NCBI GenBank assembly: GCA_951406725.2
Contig: OX597823.1
Span: 3,472,001 to 3,536,000, forward strand
Length of the DNA stretch: 64,000 nt
DNA from: Octopus vulgaris
Lineage: Eukaryota
Reading direction: 5' to 3'
How positions within the stretch are numbered: the first letter of the stretch is position 1; each line of letters begins with the position of its first letter. The translations under genes and the position numbers were made by a program. The notes beneath the pieces were generated by a model, which made no database searches, was not told the origin of the DNA, and worked only from the letters and a program-made list of their open reading frames with translations. Below are positions 50,742 to 64,000 of the stretch, in pieces.

Positions 50742-51704
50742 TTTGTAAATATATTGTTCAGGCAAAGGTGTTGAAGTGATGTACAGCTAGACTAAATGTT
50801 TGGAGGTAGAGGTTACCTTGAGGTGGCCGTAGATTAGGAAGTGGGACCCCTCAGAAAAGCAAGGCTAAAAGAGGGCATAGTGCTAACTGGACTTGATCAA
50901 CTCTGGTTGGGTCTGGATCACCTGGGTGAGAGTGTTTGATGTTGAAAGACTCAAAACACCTAATGACCCCAGGAAACATCCTTGACGATGTGTCCAGATG
51001 CATCACAGAATGAGGTTGAAAAACCTGTTGTTGTTGTTTAACCCAATGTCAATCCTGTTTGAGTAAATCTATGATTGAAGATATCCCAGCCATGACCATC
51101 ATGTTTTTTTGTATATCAGAGACTACCCTGTACATTGTTCCCTTTTTTACTTGAGTTGTATGGTGTGGTTTTTGTTTTGTGGGAGATTTGGTTGTTATTT
51201 CTAGCAGATTGAACGACCATGCAGAGACTCCCTTGTTGGTTTTATTTTGTGTTTTTATCAACTTTGATTTGCAGCACCCTTGGGTCAATGGCATCTGGAA
51301 GGAGATCTGTTGGCCATCCCAAACTGCACTACAGGGATGTTTGCATGCAAGATATAAAGGTGCTAGACACTGATATAGAATCCTAGGAAAAGGTTTGTAG
51401 ATGACTGAGAGAGGTGGAAGGGCTGCCCTAAGTTGCTACCTGGAGACAGAGAAGAGAAGATGTCGGGTATTTCATCAGAGAAGTGAGCTCACAGACAGGA
51501 GCACAGCAATACCATAAGCCAATGAACTTGTCCAGATGTGACCTCTACAACAGAGAATATCACACTAGCATTGATCTTTTCAGCCACGAGTAACACTGCT
51601 TCTATATGATAAACACTACACCAAGCATGTAGCCCTCGGTCAGTCTTGACCAAAATATGTCTTAGAAAGACATTACAATGAATACAATATTCTGTAGCTG
51701 CATA

Positions 51705-52105
51705 GGGCAGTGAGCCGGCAGAATCGTTAGCACGTCGGGCGAAATGCTTAGCGGTATCTTGTCTGCTGCTACGTTCTGAGTTCAAATTCCACCAAGGTCA
51801 ACTTTGCCTTTCATCCTTTCGGGGTCGATTAAATAAGTACCAGTCAAGCACTGGGGTCAATATAATTGACTTAATCCATTTGTCTGTCCTTGTTTGTCCC
51901 ATCTGTGTGTAGTAAAGAAATAGGTATTTTGTCTGCCATTATGTTCTGAGTTCAAATTCCACCGAGGTCAACTTTGCCTTTTATCCTTTCGGGGTCGATT
52001 AAATAAGTACTAGTTATGCACTGGGATTGATGCAATTGACTTAATCCTTTGTTTGGCCTTATTTGTCCCCTCTACATTTAGTCCTCTAGGGGCAATAAAG
52101 AAATT
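51705..52105 (+). mobile_element. SINE family B head-to-tail dimer
   Basis: Same junction on the plus strand, AGTAAAGAAATAG|GTATTT(T)GTCTGCC at ~51923. Confidence 0.8.
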
Positions 52106-52164
52106 AACATTCTGTAGCTGTTGCTAAGTGTTACTACAACCTCTAACTGCACGGTCTCCTCATT

Positions 52165-52540
52165 TTAACCCTTTTGATACCAACCTGACTGAAACTGCCC
52201 TTGGTTCTATAATAAAAACTCCCTGTGATCTAAATTAAAACCTTCCATCAAAATTTCATATTTAATTGATGCTTCAAACACCAACTTAATAATGGTTTCA
52301 AACTTTGGCACAAGGCCAGCAAGTTCAGGAGAAGGGGTTGGTTAATTACATTGGTCCCAATACTTACAAATGGTACTTACTCTATCGACCCCCAAAAGGA
52401 TGAAAGGTGAAGTTGACCTTGGTGGAATTTGCAACACCAACTTAATAATGACAAAGTTGTTTCACTAAATTCTTCATTATTTTAAAAATTGATTGTACCA
52501 AGGAGTGTATTTCAACCAAAATATGGTAACAAAAATGCTT
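52165..52540. mobile_element. piggyBac-like MITE (TTAA|CCCTTT start) interrupted by a truncated SINE with an 18-bp TSD
   Basis: Left end TTAACCCTTTTGATACCA, degenerate right end TGGTAACAAAAATG. AACACCAACTTAATAATG is duplicated at 52277-52294 and 52433-52450 around a SINE fragment. Possibly related MITE remnants at ~3645-3862 and ~22238-22414. Confidence 0.55.
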
Positions 52541-55099
52541 CTGCATGGTCTTCATTGCTCAGAATTCTTGGTTGTGTTGCTGTTCTGCCGAAAACCTATA
52601 TTGCATACTTGTCTCTCCTCTTCCTATTACTCATATTGTGTTTCCTTCTCCAGATCCTTCATTAACTACCACACCCAATTCTTTTATTCATCCCTCTGAA
52701 ATTCCCTCTCCATCCATATTTTCCCTGAAGTCACTGAACCCGGAACCATGTGGTTGGGAAGCAAGCTTCTTACCACACAGCCACACCTGCACCTCTGTAA
52801 TGTATATTTTTAAAGAATTGTAATTTCTGGGTGTTGAAACTATAAAAGTCAAACTAGGCGAAAAGTGTGCAAATATCCCCTACCCACTCCATTTCTGTTA
52901 TTTATTCTATTTTCTTCAGGACCTTAATCTATGATGCTTGAAAAAATCACATCCAAAGAAATTACAGTTTCTGGAGCCCTGAATCATTTCCGATTGTGTT
53001 CTATAAGAATGCGTCAACCCTTTTTGTTTCCACTTAAAAAACACATACTCTAACATAAATGGACACATATGTTATGTGTATATATCCCTCTTTCTCTCTC
53101 TCGGAGAGGCACAAGCACCTGCATACACATATACACACACGGCAGTAACTTCCGCCTACCAAATTCAATCACAAAGCTTCGGTCGGCCTGGGGCTATAGC
53201 AGAAGACACTTGCCCAAAGTGCCACGCGGTGGGACTGAACCCACAACCATGTAGCTAGGAAGCAAGCTCCCTAACTACACAGCCATGCCCGCGCCTACTG
53301 ATATATGTATATATGGTGATAAGTACCAAAGCTTGATAATTGTCGAGAGATTTCTCTTTACATGAAACCATTGGTAGCCCTGTTAACCCACAAATAGAGA
53401 ATATTTACCAATGCAGTGTTGAGCAATCATACTCACTGTTCAATATTAGCATGTGTGTGTGTGTGTGTGTGATGAATAGATAGGGATAAAGTATCCAGGC
53501 AGGTATTGTATGATCCCTTAGTTATAATCCATTCTGGATTAGCACAGTTGAAAAGAGCATCCAAGATTAATTCCAGTGAGCAATCCTACTATAATTCTTA
53601 TGATGGGTGAATCCTGGGATTGTTTCCCCAGATTACAAATATTTTGCCAAGTGTATATCTAAGACAATTAAAATGAATATGGGGATTAGTACATCTGCAT
53701 ATTGCTTTATTCCCACAGTCCCACATATTGTGTATTTGGTTTAAATTTGTCCAACGTACGTTTCTGCTGTATCAGAAACTAGCAATTGCTTTTGTATCTA
53801 GCTACTTTTGACTGGTTTTTAGTCTGTGCAACTCTATTCACTGAAATGAACTAAATGTATGTAGGCTTGGCTAGCACCATTCTGCTAGATTATTATAGTT
53901 TTTGAGTGAAAAGAATGTGAGGGAGAGATATGGAAACCTGATATGGCCATAAGACTGCTATAAGATTGACCACACCCTGACCTGAAATGAGAATACTAGA
54001 CCTTTAATTTGGTCAAAATCATCATCAACATCATCATCATCGTTTAATGTCCGTTTTCCATGCTGGTATGGGTTGGATGCTTCAACTGGGGTCTGGGAAG
54101 CCAGGAGGCTGCATCAGGCTCCAGTCTGATCTGGCAGTGTTTCTACAGCTGGATACCCTTCCTAACACCAACCACTCCGTGAGTGTAGTGGCTGCTTTTT
54201 ACGTGCCAGGGGAAGCTGGCAGTGGCCACGATCGGTTGGTGCTTTTTACGTGCCACCAGTACAGAAGCCAGTCAAGGCGGCGCTGGCATTGGCCACGTTC
54301 GGATGGTGCTTTTTACGTGCCACCGGCACTGGTATCACAACTACAATTTCCATTGGACATTTGTTTTGATGTTGTTGTACTTGACTCAATAGGTCTCCTC
54401 AAGCATAGCAGGTCACCCTACAATCCATGGTAGGCACAGCAGGTCGTTCTGCAATCCAAGGTACTTTGGATGGGCTAAAACCCTAGCCTTAAGTGGATTA
54501 TTAATTAGTGATCGTCAGATATTATGTAGAACTACTGGCTATTAAATGAGATGTAATTAAATATATAAGTTATGAAGAACTTATTTTTGAGTCTAAATCG
54601 AAATTTTCTAGGCATAAATCAAGTTTTAGATTATATGCAGTTTTGCTGTTCTATATGTGTTGCAAGAATTTTAAAAAGTAGTTTTACTCATGGAGAATTG
54701 TGATTACTACTTGAACGTCAAACCAGATTACTATGTAAATCCAGGCACCTCCTATTTACATGTTGGTCCCCTCTGTTTACATAGGTTCCTTCTATGGAAA
54801 TATTTGAAAGTCCTCTTGCAGACCTTCAAACATCTTAAAGTTTGTTTCTGTCGACTCTTAAACAACTGGTGTTTAGCCACGAAGATTAAAGTTGCATAGA
54901 TGGCCAACCAGTCGAAAGTGACTGGATGCAAACGCAATTGCTAGTTTTTCTATGCAGCAGAAACATACGTCAGACTAATTAAAACCAAGTATGTTGTATA
55001 TTTGACAGTGGGAATAAAGAATAAGCAGATGTACTGATCTCCATATTTTTTGTAATTGTCTTATATATATGTATGTATATAAATATATAAAAAAGTTTT

Positions 55100-55290
55100 G
55101 GATCTTTTCACTTTGACCGGTTGATTTTTACTTCGTATACTGGTAGAATGTGTTTATAAAACATCTTTTTCTCTTGGCTTTCTTGAGAAAATTCTGCAGT
55201 TTGTAACATATTTGTTGTTTAACGAAGTTTAAAATTTTTTAGTTACATAGAAATTATTTTAAAAATCTGTCGGTCAAAGTGAAAAGATCG
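55100..55290. mobile_element. MITE with ~30-bp TIRs and 8-bp TSD (Merlin/Mutator-like)
   Basis: GGATCTTTTCACTTTGACCGGTTGATTTTT ... AAAAATCTGTCGGTCAAAGTGAAAAGATCG, with AAAGTTTT duplicated at 55092-55099 and 55291-55298. Confidence 0.8.
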
Positions 55291-58200
55291 AAAGTTTTAG
55301 TTAAAAAACTTTATTGCGAGTTGTATGGACTCAGAGCAGCCTGGTGAGGCATGCGCTTTACTTCTTTCAATATTAGTTGAGAGAGACGAAAGCGAAATGC
55401 ATTGAAACTATTTCATCAGCCTCTGACATAATATCGATTCTCCAACATTTTCAAATGGGTTTCACTAGAGTTACCTGCCCTTCATTGGAGCTCTCCTCTC
55501 AATCTTCAAAGCGGCGCCGCCATTATCTCTCGATCAAACTTTGCCGGATGAATTATACTTTCTCAGCTTCAACCACCGTTTATTTTATCTCTCTTACAAA
55601 TTTCCTCGCTAAATTCCATTCCCTTCGTTTCCTTTGAGCTTCAACTGAAGTAAGTATCATTTTCATGCGTCTTTCTTCCAATTTCTACCCGTAAAACCCT
55701 CCCATGCCGGTCCAATGTGAAAGCAACGTGGAATCGTCTCTTCACGAATTCCTTTCGTTTCTTCTCCAATTTCTTCGGTTTTCCACAATAAAATCTTGTC
55801 TTTTCAACTCTATTTTCTACGCATTTTAATGAGCAGAGGCAATATCTTTCAGGCTAGTCCGTTATTTTGTTTCCACCCTTTTCAGATCAAATTATTAAAT
55901 CTTTTCTTCACAACTACGCAACAATCGACAAGAAACTTAATTTGTATTCTTCTAATTACTTCTAATTACTAATTAGTGACGATAAAATGTATTTAGAAAT
56001 AACTGCATTTGTTTATAAATTTCAACAGATGAAAAGATTTAATTAGGTTAAATTCCCATCTGGTTTTCACATGTTGATTAAATGCTTTAAATTTCAGTTG
56101 AAATACGACGAAATAATTGATTAAAGTCGGATTCTTGGTCAATTCCTGCTATTATTTCCCTCTCAGTTCACGCACCGTAAAATATTGTACAAGAACCGAG
56201 AGTCTGCAACTCTGATAATATTCCTTGTTGAAGCCATTTCCATTCGATTCCACTTTTATTGCAATTCTTTCTGTTCGATATGTCTAAGATTTCCTTGTGT
56301 TTTTGGTCAAAATAGATTATAAATATCCCTAGCGAACGGACTGCAATTTATGAGATAAGCGAAATTAATTATTATTATTTTTTTTTTTGTCTTTCCGGCG
56401 AAGAATTTCTAATATTGGTGATAGGAAATGGCCCAGGTGTTGGCCACGTTTGTATTTTCCACCCCAAATAAATTGTAATGGATGCAACTGAAATGAAAAG
56501 GCATCCTTCCAAAGCAGACATTCAGAGTTAGCAGCCACCCCTCCTTTTTTTCTTTTGCATTTAATGTTTATAAACAAGAAAATACCATTCTGGTATTTAT
56601 GATATTTGTCTGCAGTTTCCACTGGAGAAATCAAAGTCCCGTGTTCGTGGACTGTTTTTGGTTTTACTAGGGGTGAATTGAATCTGTTCATAAACACCCA
56701 CCTCCGGTACAAAACGGAAAGAACCACTTAAACACGCAGGAATCCCTGAATGTCTATAAAAATTGAGAAGTCTGGATGTTTTGATCTTCATAAAACATAC
56801 TGTGGAGCGGTAATTAAGTCAGTTAAATTAGTCTTAATAATCACAGATTCCTTCATTGGCTCATAAAGTATTTACACTGTGTGTGGAATCCCTGAAAGTC
56901 GACTAAAATTCCTAATTGTGATGTTTTATATTTCTGAAATAGACCATAAAACAGTAATAAATTTGGTTTAGTAGTCACTGATGATTATTTGTAAATTAGG
57001 TGATCCTCGCCTCTCGTTTCTCTCTAATCCCTTCAGTTTGTACCCTGAAGTCATTCATTTCAATCAACAACCAAAACTGAACAAAATCTTTATTTTGTTT
57101 CCTACCAGTTCCTGTAAACTTAACAATGTAATAATAGTACTTTCGCTGTTTCTAGAAAGATCCTTCTCTCTTGTTTCTGCCAGTTTTCGTTATTTCGAAG
57201 TAGCTTCAATGATTTCCCAGTTGTATTATTACGATGAACATTAATCCCTACTGTTATTCCTAATTTTACATTTTCTCGAATTTATTTAAAACCTTTGACA
57301 TTTCAAAGCTCTACGGTCGGTCAACGAGCTAGAATTAGCAACCAGGTCTTTCTCAAAATCACACCTCTTTAAAAGGGAATGGCTCGTTGGGTAATGCACT
57401 CTTAGATACATTGGGCAAAAAAACAAAACAATAGTAATGACAGCTGGAACACCTTTGATTGCAGGTCTCCTCAGTTGACATGCGGTTAAACAACAGCATA
57501 TGGCATTTATTTTACAAAACTAATTAAAGCTGACTCCATTGTAAAGTGATGTTGATTCAATGATGAAAGGCCTTTGTATTGTTGTTTCTGAAAACTAGAA
57601 ATGTGGGGGTTTGAATTTTCGTAAAGATGAAACTTTAATTGCAAACAAAATATATTTATAATTCTTCAAATGCCAACGAAATTATGTTTATCCACTCATA
57701 TTTGTAGTTTCTATCTACTGAAGGCTTGGGGCAATTCCACATTAAGTTTCATCATCATCGTTTAACGTCTGTTTTCCATGCTGTCATGGGTTGGACGGTT
57801 TGACTGAGGGCTGGGGAGCCAGAAGGCTGCACCAGGCTCCAATTTGATTTGGCAATGTTTCTACAACTGGATGCCTTTCCTAACGCCAACCACTCCAGGA
57901 GCGTAGTGGCTGCTTTTTACGTGCTACCAGCATGAGAGCCAGTCAGGCGGGCCTGGCATCGATCGCGTTTGGATGGTACTTTTTACATGCCACCGTCACA
58001 AGAGCTAGTCTGGGGGTACTGGCATCAGCCACGTTTGGTTGGTGCTTTTTACGTGCCACTGGCATGGGAGCCGTGGAGCCATGAGATTGTGTATCTTTTA
58101 TCTTGTTTCAGCCATTGGGCTGCTGCCATGTTGAGGCACCACCTTAGAGGGTTTATAGTCAAATGAGTCCAGCTCAGTACTTGCTGAACCACTAAGTTTT

Positions 58201-60564
58201 TTTGGGGTTTTTTTTGCCTAAACCGTGTAAGTTATGAGGGCATAAACCAACACCAGGTATCAAGAGATGGTGGGTGACAAACGTAGCACAAAAACACACC
58301 CACAGAATATATATATAGTGAGAGACATGATGGGATTCTTTTCAGTTTCTGCCTATCAAATCCATTCACAAAGCCCAGGGCTGTAATAGAGAACACTTGC
58401 CCCTAAAGTGCCATGCAAAGGGACTAAACCTGAAACCATATGGTTGAGACATAAACAAACCAACACCAGTTGTTAAGCAGTGGTGGATATAAACGCAAAG
58501 GTCACACACATGATAGGCTTCAACACAGTTTCCTTTTACCAAATCCACTCACAAGTTGGCCTGGAGCTATGCAGTGGGACTGAACCCAAATCCATTTGGT
58601 TGGGGAGCAAGCTTCTTACCGTATGATATAACAAGTTAAAATCAAAAAAAAAAAGCATGTCCATTTTTGATGTAACTCATCACCATTTGAATATGGTGTG
58701 TTAAGAAAATGTTCTTAGACAAATGGTTGGAAATCCTGAAAATCTTTGTAAAATCTGAAATGCTGTTGCTTCAGTTTTTTTTTTTTAATGATGAAAATGT
58801 CATCCCACTTAGAACTATTGTTATGCACCTGTATTTATAGGCATAATTTCAGATTAATGATCCATGACTTTGTTCCCTCATAACTTTCTGAAAAATGAAA
58901 TTTTGCAGAAATACATTTTCAACGATATAGATTACTGTTGTGTTGATAATATAAGAAAAAATTTAATTGATTTTTTTTTTTTTTTTTAACTGAGTTTCGG
59001 ATTGTTCTACCCGCATCCTCCCAACTTTGTTGTCTCATAATTCTCTTTAGAAAGCATATTTTTAAAGGATTTTGCATGTATGCATTTCTGAGAGTGGTCA
59101 TCATCTTCATCGTCGTCGTTTGACGTCCAGCTTCCATGCTGGCATGGGTTGGACGGTTTGACTGAGGCCCAATCTGATTTGGCAAAGTTTCTACAGCTGG
59201 ATGCCCTTCCTAACGCCAACCACTCAAAGAGTCTAATGGGTGCTTATACATTCCACTGGCATAAGGGCCAGTCAGGCAGTTCGAGCAACGACCACGCTCA
59301 AAAGGTGTTTTCTACGTGCTACCTCCACAGGAGCCAGTCCAGTAGCACTGGCAACCACCACGCAGGAATGTTGTTTTTCACGTGCCACTGGCACATCATC
59401 GTTTAACGTCTGCTTTCCATGCTAGCATGGGTTGGACGATTTTGACTGTGTTTCAAGTAAAGGATCTCTTCTTCTGTACAGCTTTGAAGGTGAAGTGAGT
59501 GCTACTCTGGAATTTCACCTGTGTTCATCATGACTTGCCTGATGACCTCAGGCAAAAGACTGACTTGATCAAAACAAGTACACACACTGGTCTTTTTTGT
59601 TTTCATCTATCAAATCCACTCAAGTTGTTGCTTAGCCTGGGGTTATAGTAGAAAATACTTGTCCCGTGTGCTACACTGTGGGATTAAACTTGAAACCATG
59701 TGGCTGCAAAGCAAATGTCTCAAGTACTCTGCCATATCTGCTTTGAGAGAAAAAAAAAGATATTCATTTTTAAAGTTAACTCTTTGAAAATTGATCTAAT
59801 TAGCGACTACTACACTTGAAATTTACATAATTAGCAACTACTGCTACTCCTAGACATGTTGCCATGGAAACATTCAATGCATTTGGTTTTCGTTTTTCTT
59901 CCTGAATGCATAGGTGCAGGTGTGGCTGTGTGGTAAGAAGTTTGCTTCCCAACCACATGGTCCTGGGTTCAGTCCCACTGTGTGGAACCTTGGGCAAGTG
60001 TCTTCTACTATAGCATCAGGCCAACCAAAGCTTTGTAAGTGGATTTGGTAGATGGAAACTGAAAGAAGCCCTTTGTGTGTCTGTTTGGCTCCCATTACTG
60101 CTTGACAACCAGTATTGGGGTGTTTATGTCTGCGTAACTTAGCAGTTCAGCAAAAAAAGAATGATAGAATAAATGTCCGGCTTTAAGAAAAAGTACTAAG
60201 GTTGATTTAGTCTACTAAAAAAAATTCAAGACAGTGCCCCAGCATGGCCAGTCTAATGACTGAAACAAGCGAAAGATAAAAAGACATTCTTTGGCTGTTG
60301 TTGTTGTTGTTGTTGTTCCGTGTGCATCCTCAGCTCAGCTTGGCTCCATCACTTGGTGGTGGATAATACCTGTTTTCCTTCCTATCATATTTATGATAAT
60401 CAGTCTACAACAAGATTATCTCTGACTTATGTATTAGAGATTAATGCTGGTATTTAACTCTCTCATATTCACTATAACCACATTTGATAAATCTAAGATG
60501 ACTACACAATTGTTTACATCAAATTTTGTTTACATTACAAAACAAAACACACAAAGATATGTCG

Positions 60565-60601
<37 letters not shown>

Positions 60602-60898
60602 TTAAAGCCCATTTTCCCATGCTTTCATATGTTAAATCGGTGGTTTTCAACCAGTGTCCACATGACCCTAGGCATCCATATAAGGTCTTGTCATTAAAAT
60701 TTATCTGCAATAAATCTGTTGTGCCCCAGCATGGCCACAGCTTTGAAGCTGAAACTAGTTAAAGAGTTAATTTCACAAAATATTTTATCAATTTTTATAC
60801 AATTCCTAATATTTGATTATAATGATATGATAGGAATTTTTTGAGCATCGACTGGCTATGGGGTGGGAGTGGGGGGTCAGTCCGAGTAAAATGGGGAG

Positions 60899-61122
60899 CT
60901 GTGTCTTTTCATCTGGTGTCACTTTGTCAAATGTCTTTTCGTCCACGTGTTTTGGTCTGATGATTTCACATCAATAAGATTCTCAATGATTATTTTGATT
61001 TCGATGTTCACCTTGTTTTCTAAAGAGTTTATTTAAAATTGGACAAAAAGTCATTAGGGGGGGGGGGAATCATTGGACTAAAAGATGTGGACAAAGTGAC
61101 ATCGGACGAAAAGTCGGGTCAC
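60899..61122. mobile_element. Degenerate MITE with ~45-bp inverted termini
   Basis: CTTTTCATCTGGTGTCACTTTGTCAAATGTCTTTTCGTCCA is an imperfect reverse complement of TGGACTAAAGATGTGGACAAAGTGACATCGGACGAAAAG. Confidence 0.6.
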
Positions 61123-61384
61123 GGTAAAATAGGAACCAAAGAGGTCAATGGGTAAAGAAAAGTGGTGAGGGAGCAGTGTTTTAGATGAAATTTGTTGAGG
61201 CATATTTCCTACAACTGGATGCCCCAAGTGTTTGCACACTCTCACCTGTTTCTCCTACTCTTCAAAGACAAAGTTATTCCAGGTGTTGCACAGCAAACTG
61301 AACATGAAAGCATGAAGAACAGGGTTGCCAAGGAAATTGTTGAACACTTGTCACGCTTGGTCTTCAACAAACTCTATGACAACA

Positions 61385-61417
<33 letters not shown>

Positions 61418-63427
61418 ACGCACGCACACACACACACACAAATAATGTATATATAAATAAAAAGCACTGGTACTGGTGCCACGTAAAAAGCACCCAGTGC
61501 CACTCTGTAAAGTGGTTGGCATTAAAAAGAGCTTCCAGCTGTAGAAACCATGCCAAAACAGACAATGAAGCGTTGTGTGGATCCTTGCCAGCCCCTGTTA
61601 AACCATCCAACCCTTGCCAGCCCCTGTTAAACCATCCAACCCTTGCCTGCATGGAAAATGGTCATTGACTGATAATTTTGAAATATATACATTGTTTTAG
61701 CATTCGTGTTTCCATATTTGGACAGGTCAGATAGGATTTGTTGAGGTAGATTTTCTGTTAACCCTCACCTCTTTCCAGGCAAGGTATGTTTTTCACAGAA
61801 GACTGAGCAAACAGCAGCACTTGTATGATGGTGATGCTTGTTTACAACCATCATGTGGTGTCAAGTCTAGGGTACACACACATATGATGGGCTTCCACAC
61901 AATTTCCATTTACCAGATCCACTCAAGGTTTTGGTCTGCACAAGGCTATAGTCAAAGACACTTGTCCAAATTGCTTTGCAATGGGACTGAACCTGAAGTC
62001 ATATGGTTGGGAAGCTACTACTTAACCACACAACCACCTTTTACACACACACACACACACCTTTTCTAAAGCTTCAGTCTGTTTGAAATTGCTTTCACAT
62101 TCTTGTACTCTTCTTCATTATTTTCACAATCACAATGTGATATACTTGGTTCTCAGTATGTTTTTTTTTTCTTTTATTCAAACTGTTTTGAACTGTATGT
62201 ATGTGTATGGGTGCAGGTATAGTTGGTGTGGTAAGAAGGTTGCTTCCCAGTTCCATGATTTCAGGTTTATTTCCACTGTGTGGGACTTAAGGTTAGTGCC
62301 TTCTATTATAGTTGTGGGTCAGCCAAAACCTCGTGAGTGAATTTGATAGATGTGAACCGAAAGAAACTGGTTGTGTATGCGAGTGTGTTAATGTTTCTTT
62401 GCCTTGACATTGGGTGGTTGTTGTTGTTGTTGTTGCAAATTGAGTCACTGCCATGCAAGTGAGTGTCCTTCATTTCTGATCCTCTGTTGAAAGCATGTCT
62501 GGTCAAATGGGGACATTACCTTACTTGGAAACAGGAAAGATGTCCAGCTGTAGAAAATCTTCTTCAACAAATTCTGTCTGAACACTGGAGGCAGTGAAAA
62601 GTGGATGCTAAAACAATGATGATGATGGTGATTATTGAAGGATGTAATTAAACCAATCCTTTGAAGTACTGAGCACCAAACAAAAATATTTCAATGTACT
62701 TCTATAATTCGTCATCACCTGCACAATGACTGCTTGTGTAAATATAAACATATGCTAGTGTACTGATGTACTTCATTATCAAAAGTTTCGTAAAAGAACC
62801 ACTTATGGGTTCAATCCCACTGCACTGCACCTTTGTCAAGTGTCTTCTACTATGGCCCAGGCTGACCAAAACCTTGTGAGTGCATTTGGTTGGCAGAAAC
62901 GTTAGAACACCAGGCAAAATGCTTAGCGGTTTTTCGTCTGCAGTTATGTTCTGAGTTTAAATTCTACCGAGGTCGACTTTGCCTTTCATCCTTTTGGGGT
63001 CGATAAATTAAGTACCAGTTATGAACTGGGGTCGATGTAATCGACTTAATCTCTTTGTCCTTGTTTGGCCCCTTTTGGGCAATAAAGAAATAAGAAACTG
63101 GAAGAAGCCCATCATGCTTCGTGCAGATACATCTTGGAAAGCCATATTAACTGAAGTATTTATCCTGAGGTTCTGCTTATAGATGTACTGTATTAAATAA
63201 CATTGAAATATTATCAGTAGCAGAAGAAACTCCTTTGGCAGTGGTATGGCTACATGTGCATTTCTGCCTCTTTTGGCTTTGTCAGCAGCATGTGCCCATT
63301 AGAAACTGCATGCTAAAACAGAATCTGTTGTCACTGATATAGGAAAACAGTGATTGAAAAACCACTAATGTTGCAGTTAGCTGGTCGACTGAATAAAAAT
63401 TTATGTGCAACAGAAGTAGTATTATTT

Positions 63428-63887
63428 CTCTCTGAAAAGTTACAAAAGATATGCGGCCCATATGACATCAGGACGGTATTCAAGAGTAATACAACACTTC
63501 GCAAATATCTCCTTCGAGTAAAACCATCAATAGAAGAGAATATGACCAAGAACTGCTTGTATTCCATCCCATGCAGCTGTGGTAGGTTATACAAGGGTGA
63601 AACATGCTGTCCCCTCAAAATAAGGGTAGATGAACATCGCAAAGCTGTGACACGTGGAGATATTGATAAATCGGGTATAGCTGATCATGTATGGAAAACT
63701 GGAGACCACCTCCCCCTGTGGGATGAAGTTAAAAAAATAGACAGAGAACACCACTGGAAAATACGGAAACTAAAAGAAGCAGAACATATGCTAGGACACA
63801 ACAACCTCCTAAGTAGACCCAAGTGCAGATATGAGTAGCATATGGGAACCAGTATTAAGGAAGGATAGGAAAATATTAGATTTATAA
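63428..63887 (+). mobile_element. 5'-truncated Penelope-like retroelement: end of the linker plus GIY-YIG endonuclease
   Basis: ORF 63350-63838 contains LSEKLQKI...VFKSNTTLRKYL...CLYSIPCSCGRLYKGET..PLKIRVDEH...SGIADH...RKLKEA, the typical PLE GIY-YIG layout. A 1-nt frameshift after SRP restores SADMSSIWEPVLRKDRKILDL* (stop 63885-63887). The first ~25 codons of the track ORF look like unrelated flank. Confidence 0.9.
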
Positions 63888-63917
63888 GCCCTAAAATTCA
63901 CTCCATAATTGCCCACA

Positions 63918-64000
63918 GGCATATAGCTTAGTGGTTAAGAGTGCAGGTTACTAACCCCAAGATCCCGAGTTTGATTCCAGGCAGTGACCTGAGTAATAAT
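63918..64000 (+). promoter_or_regulatory. tRNA-derived Pol III-type head (A and B boxes) in the 3' region of the Penelope-like element
   Basis: TAGCTTAGTGG (A box) and GTTTGATTCC (degenerate B box). 68/75 nt are identical to 46311-46385, and the (AAT)n tract starts at the window edge as in that copy. Confidence 0.7.

Noticed and set aside
55650-56790. Degraded L1/Tx1 ORF2 on the minus strand (KEFVKRR, QFIWGGK snippets)
   Set aside because: Only two short look-alike words and no RT motifs; not supportable without a profile search.

Overview
AT-rich, microsatellite- and retroposon-dense animal DNA. The SINE families, RTE/CR1 LINEs and (TA)n tracts suggest an octopus-like cephalopod; this is an inference, not a database result. 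One host gene is recognisable: the first coding exon of RNF11 on the minus strand (43054-42947, MGNCLK...DDISLL...PPPPYQ|GT). I found no further RNF11 exons, so positions 1-42946 are probably one intron of more than 42 kb. The rest is mobile DNA: several tRNA-derived SINE families, many RTE 3'-end copies, CR1 fragments (one 1.9-kb near-intact RT), a decayed mariner, a long-TIR mariner derivative, small MITEs, a Helitron-like element and a Penelope-like (PLE) GIY-YIG fragment. The most interesting observation is a PLE terminal module. A tRNA-derived Pol III head (A/B boxes) starts 30 nt after the inferred GIY-YIG ORF stop at 63.9 kb. The same head recurs at 46.3 kb in a solo ~350-bp element, followed by (AAT)n, a minimal hammerhead ribozyme and an inverted arm that begins almost at the predicted cleavage site. 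Nearly all ORFs in the supplied track are spurious (microsatellite or SINE derived). No CRISPR array, rRNA or intact tRNA gene was seen.
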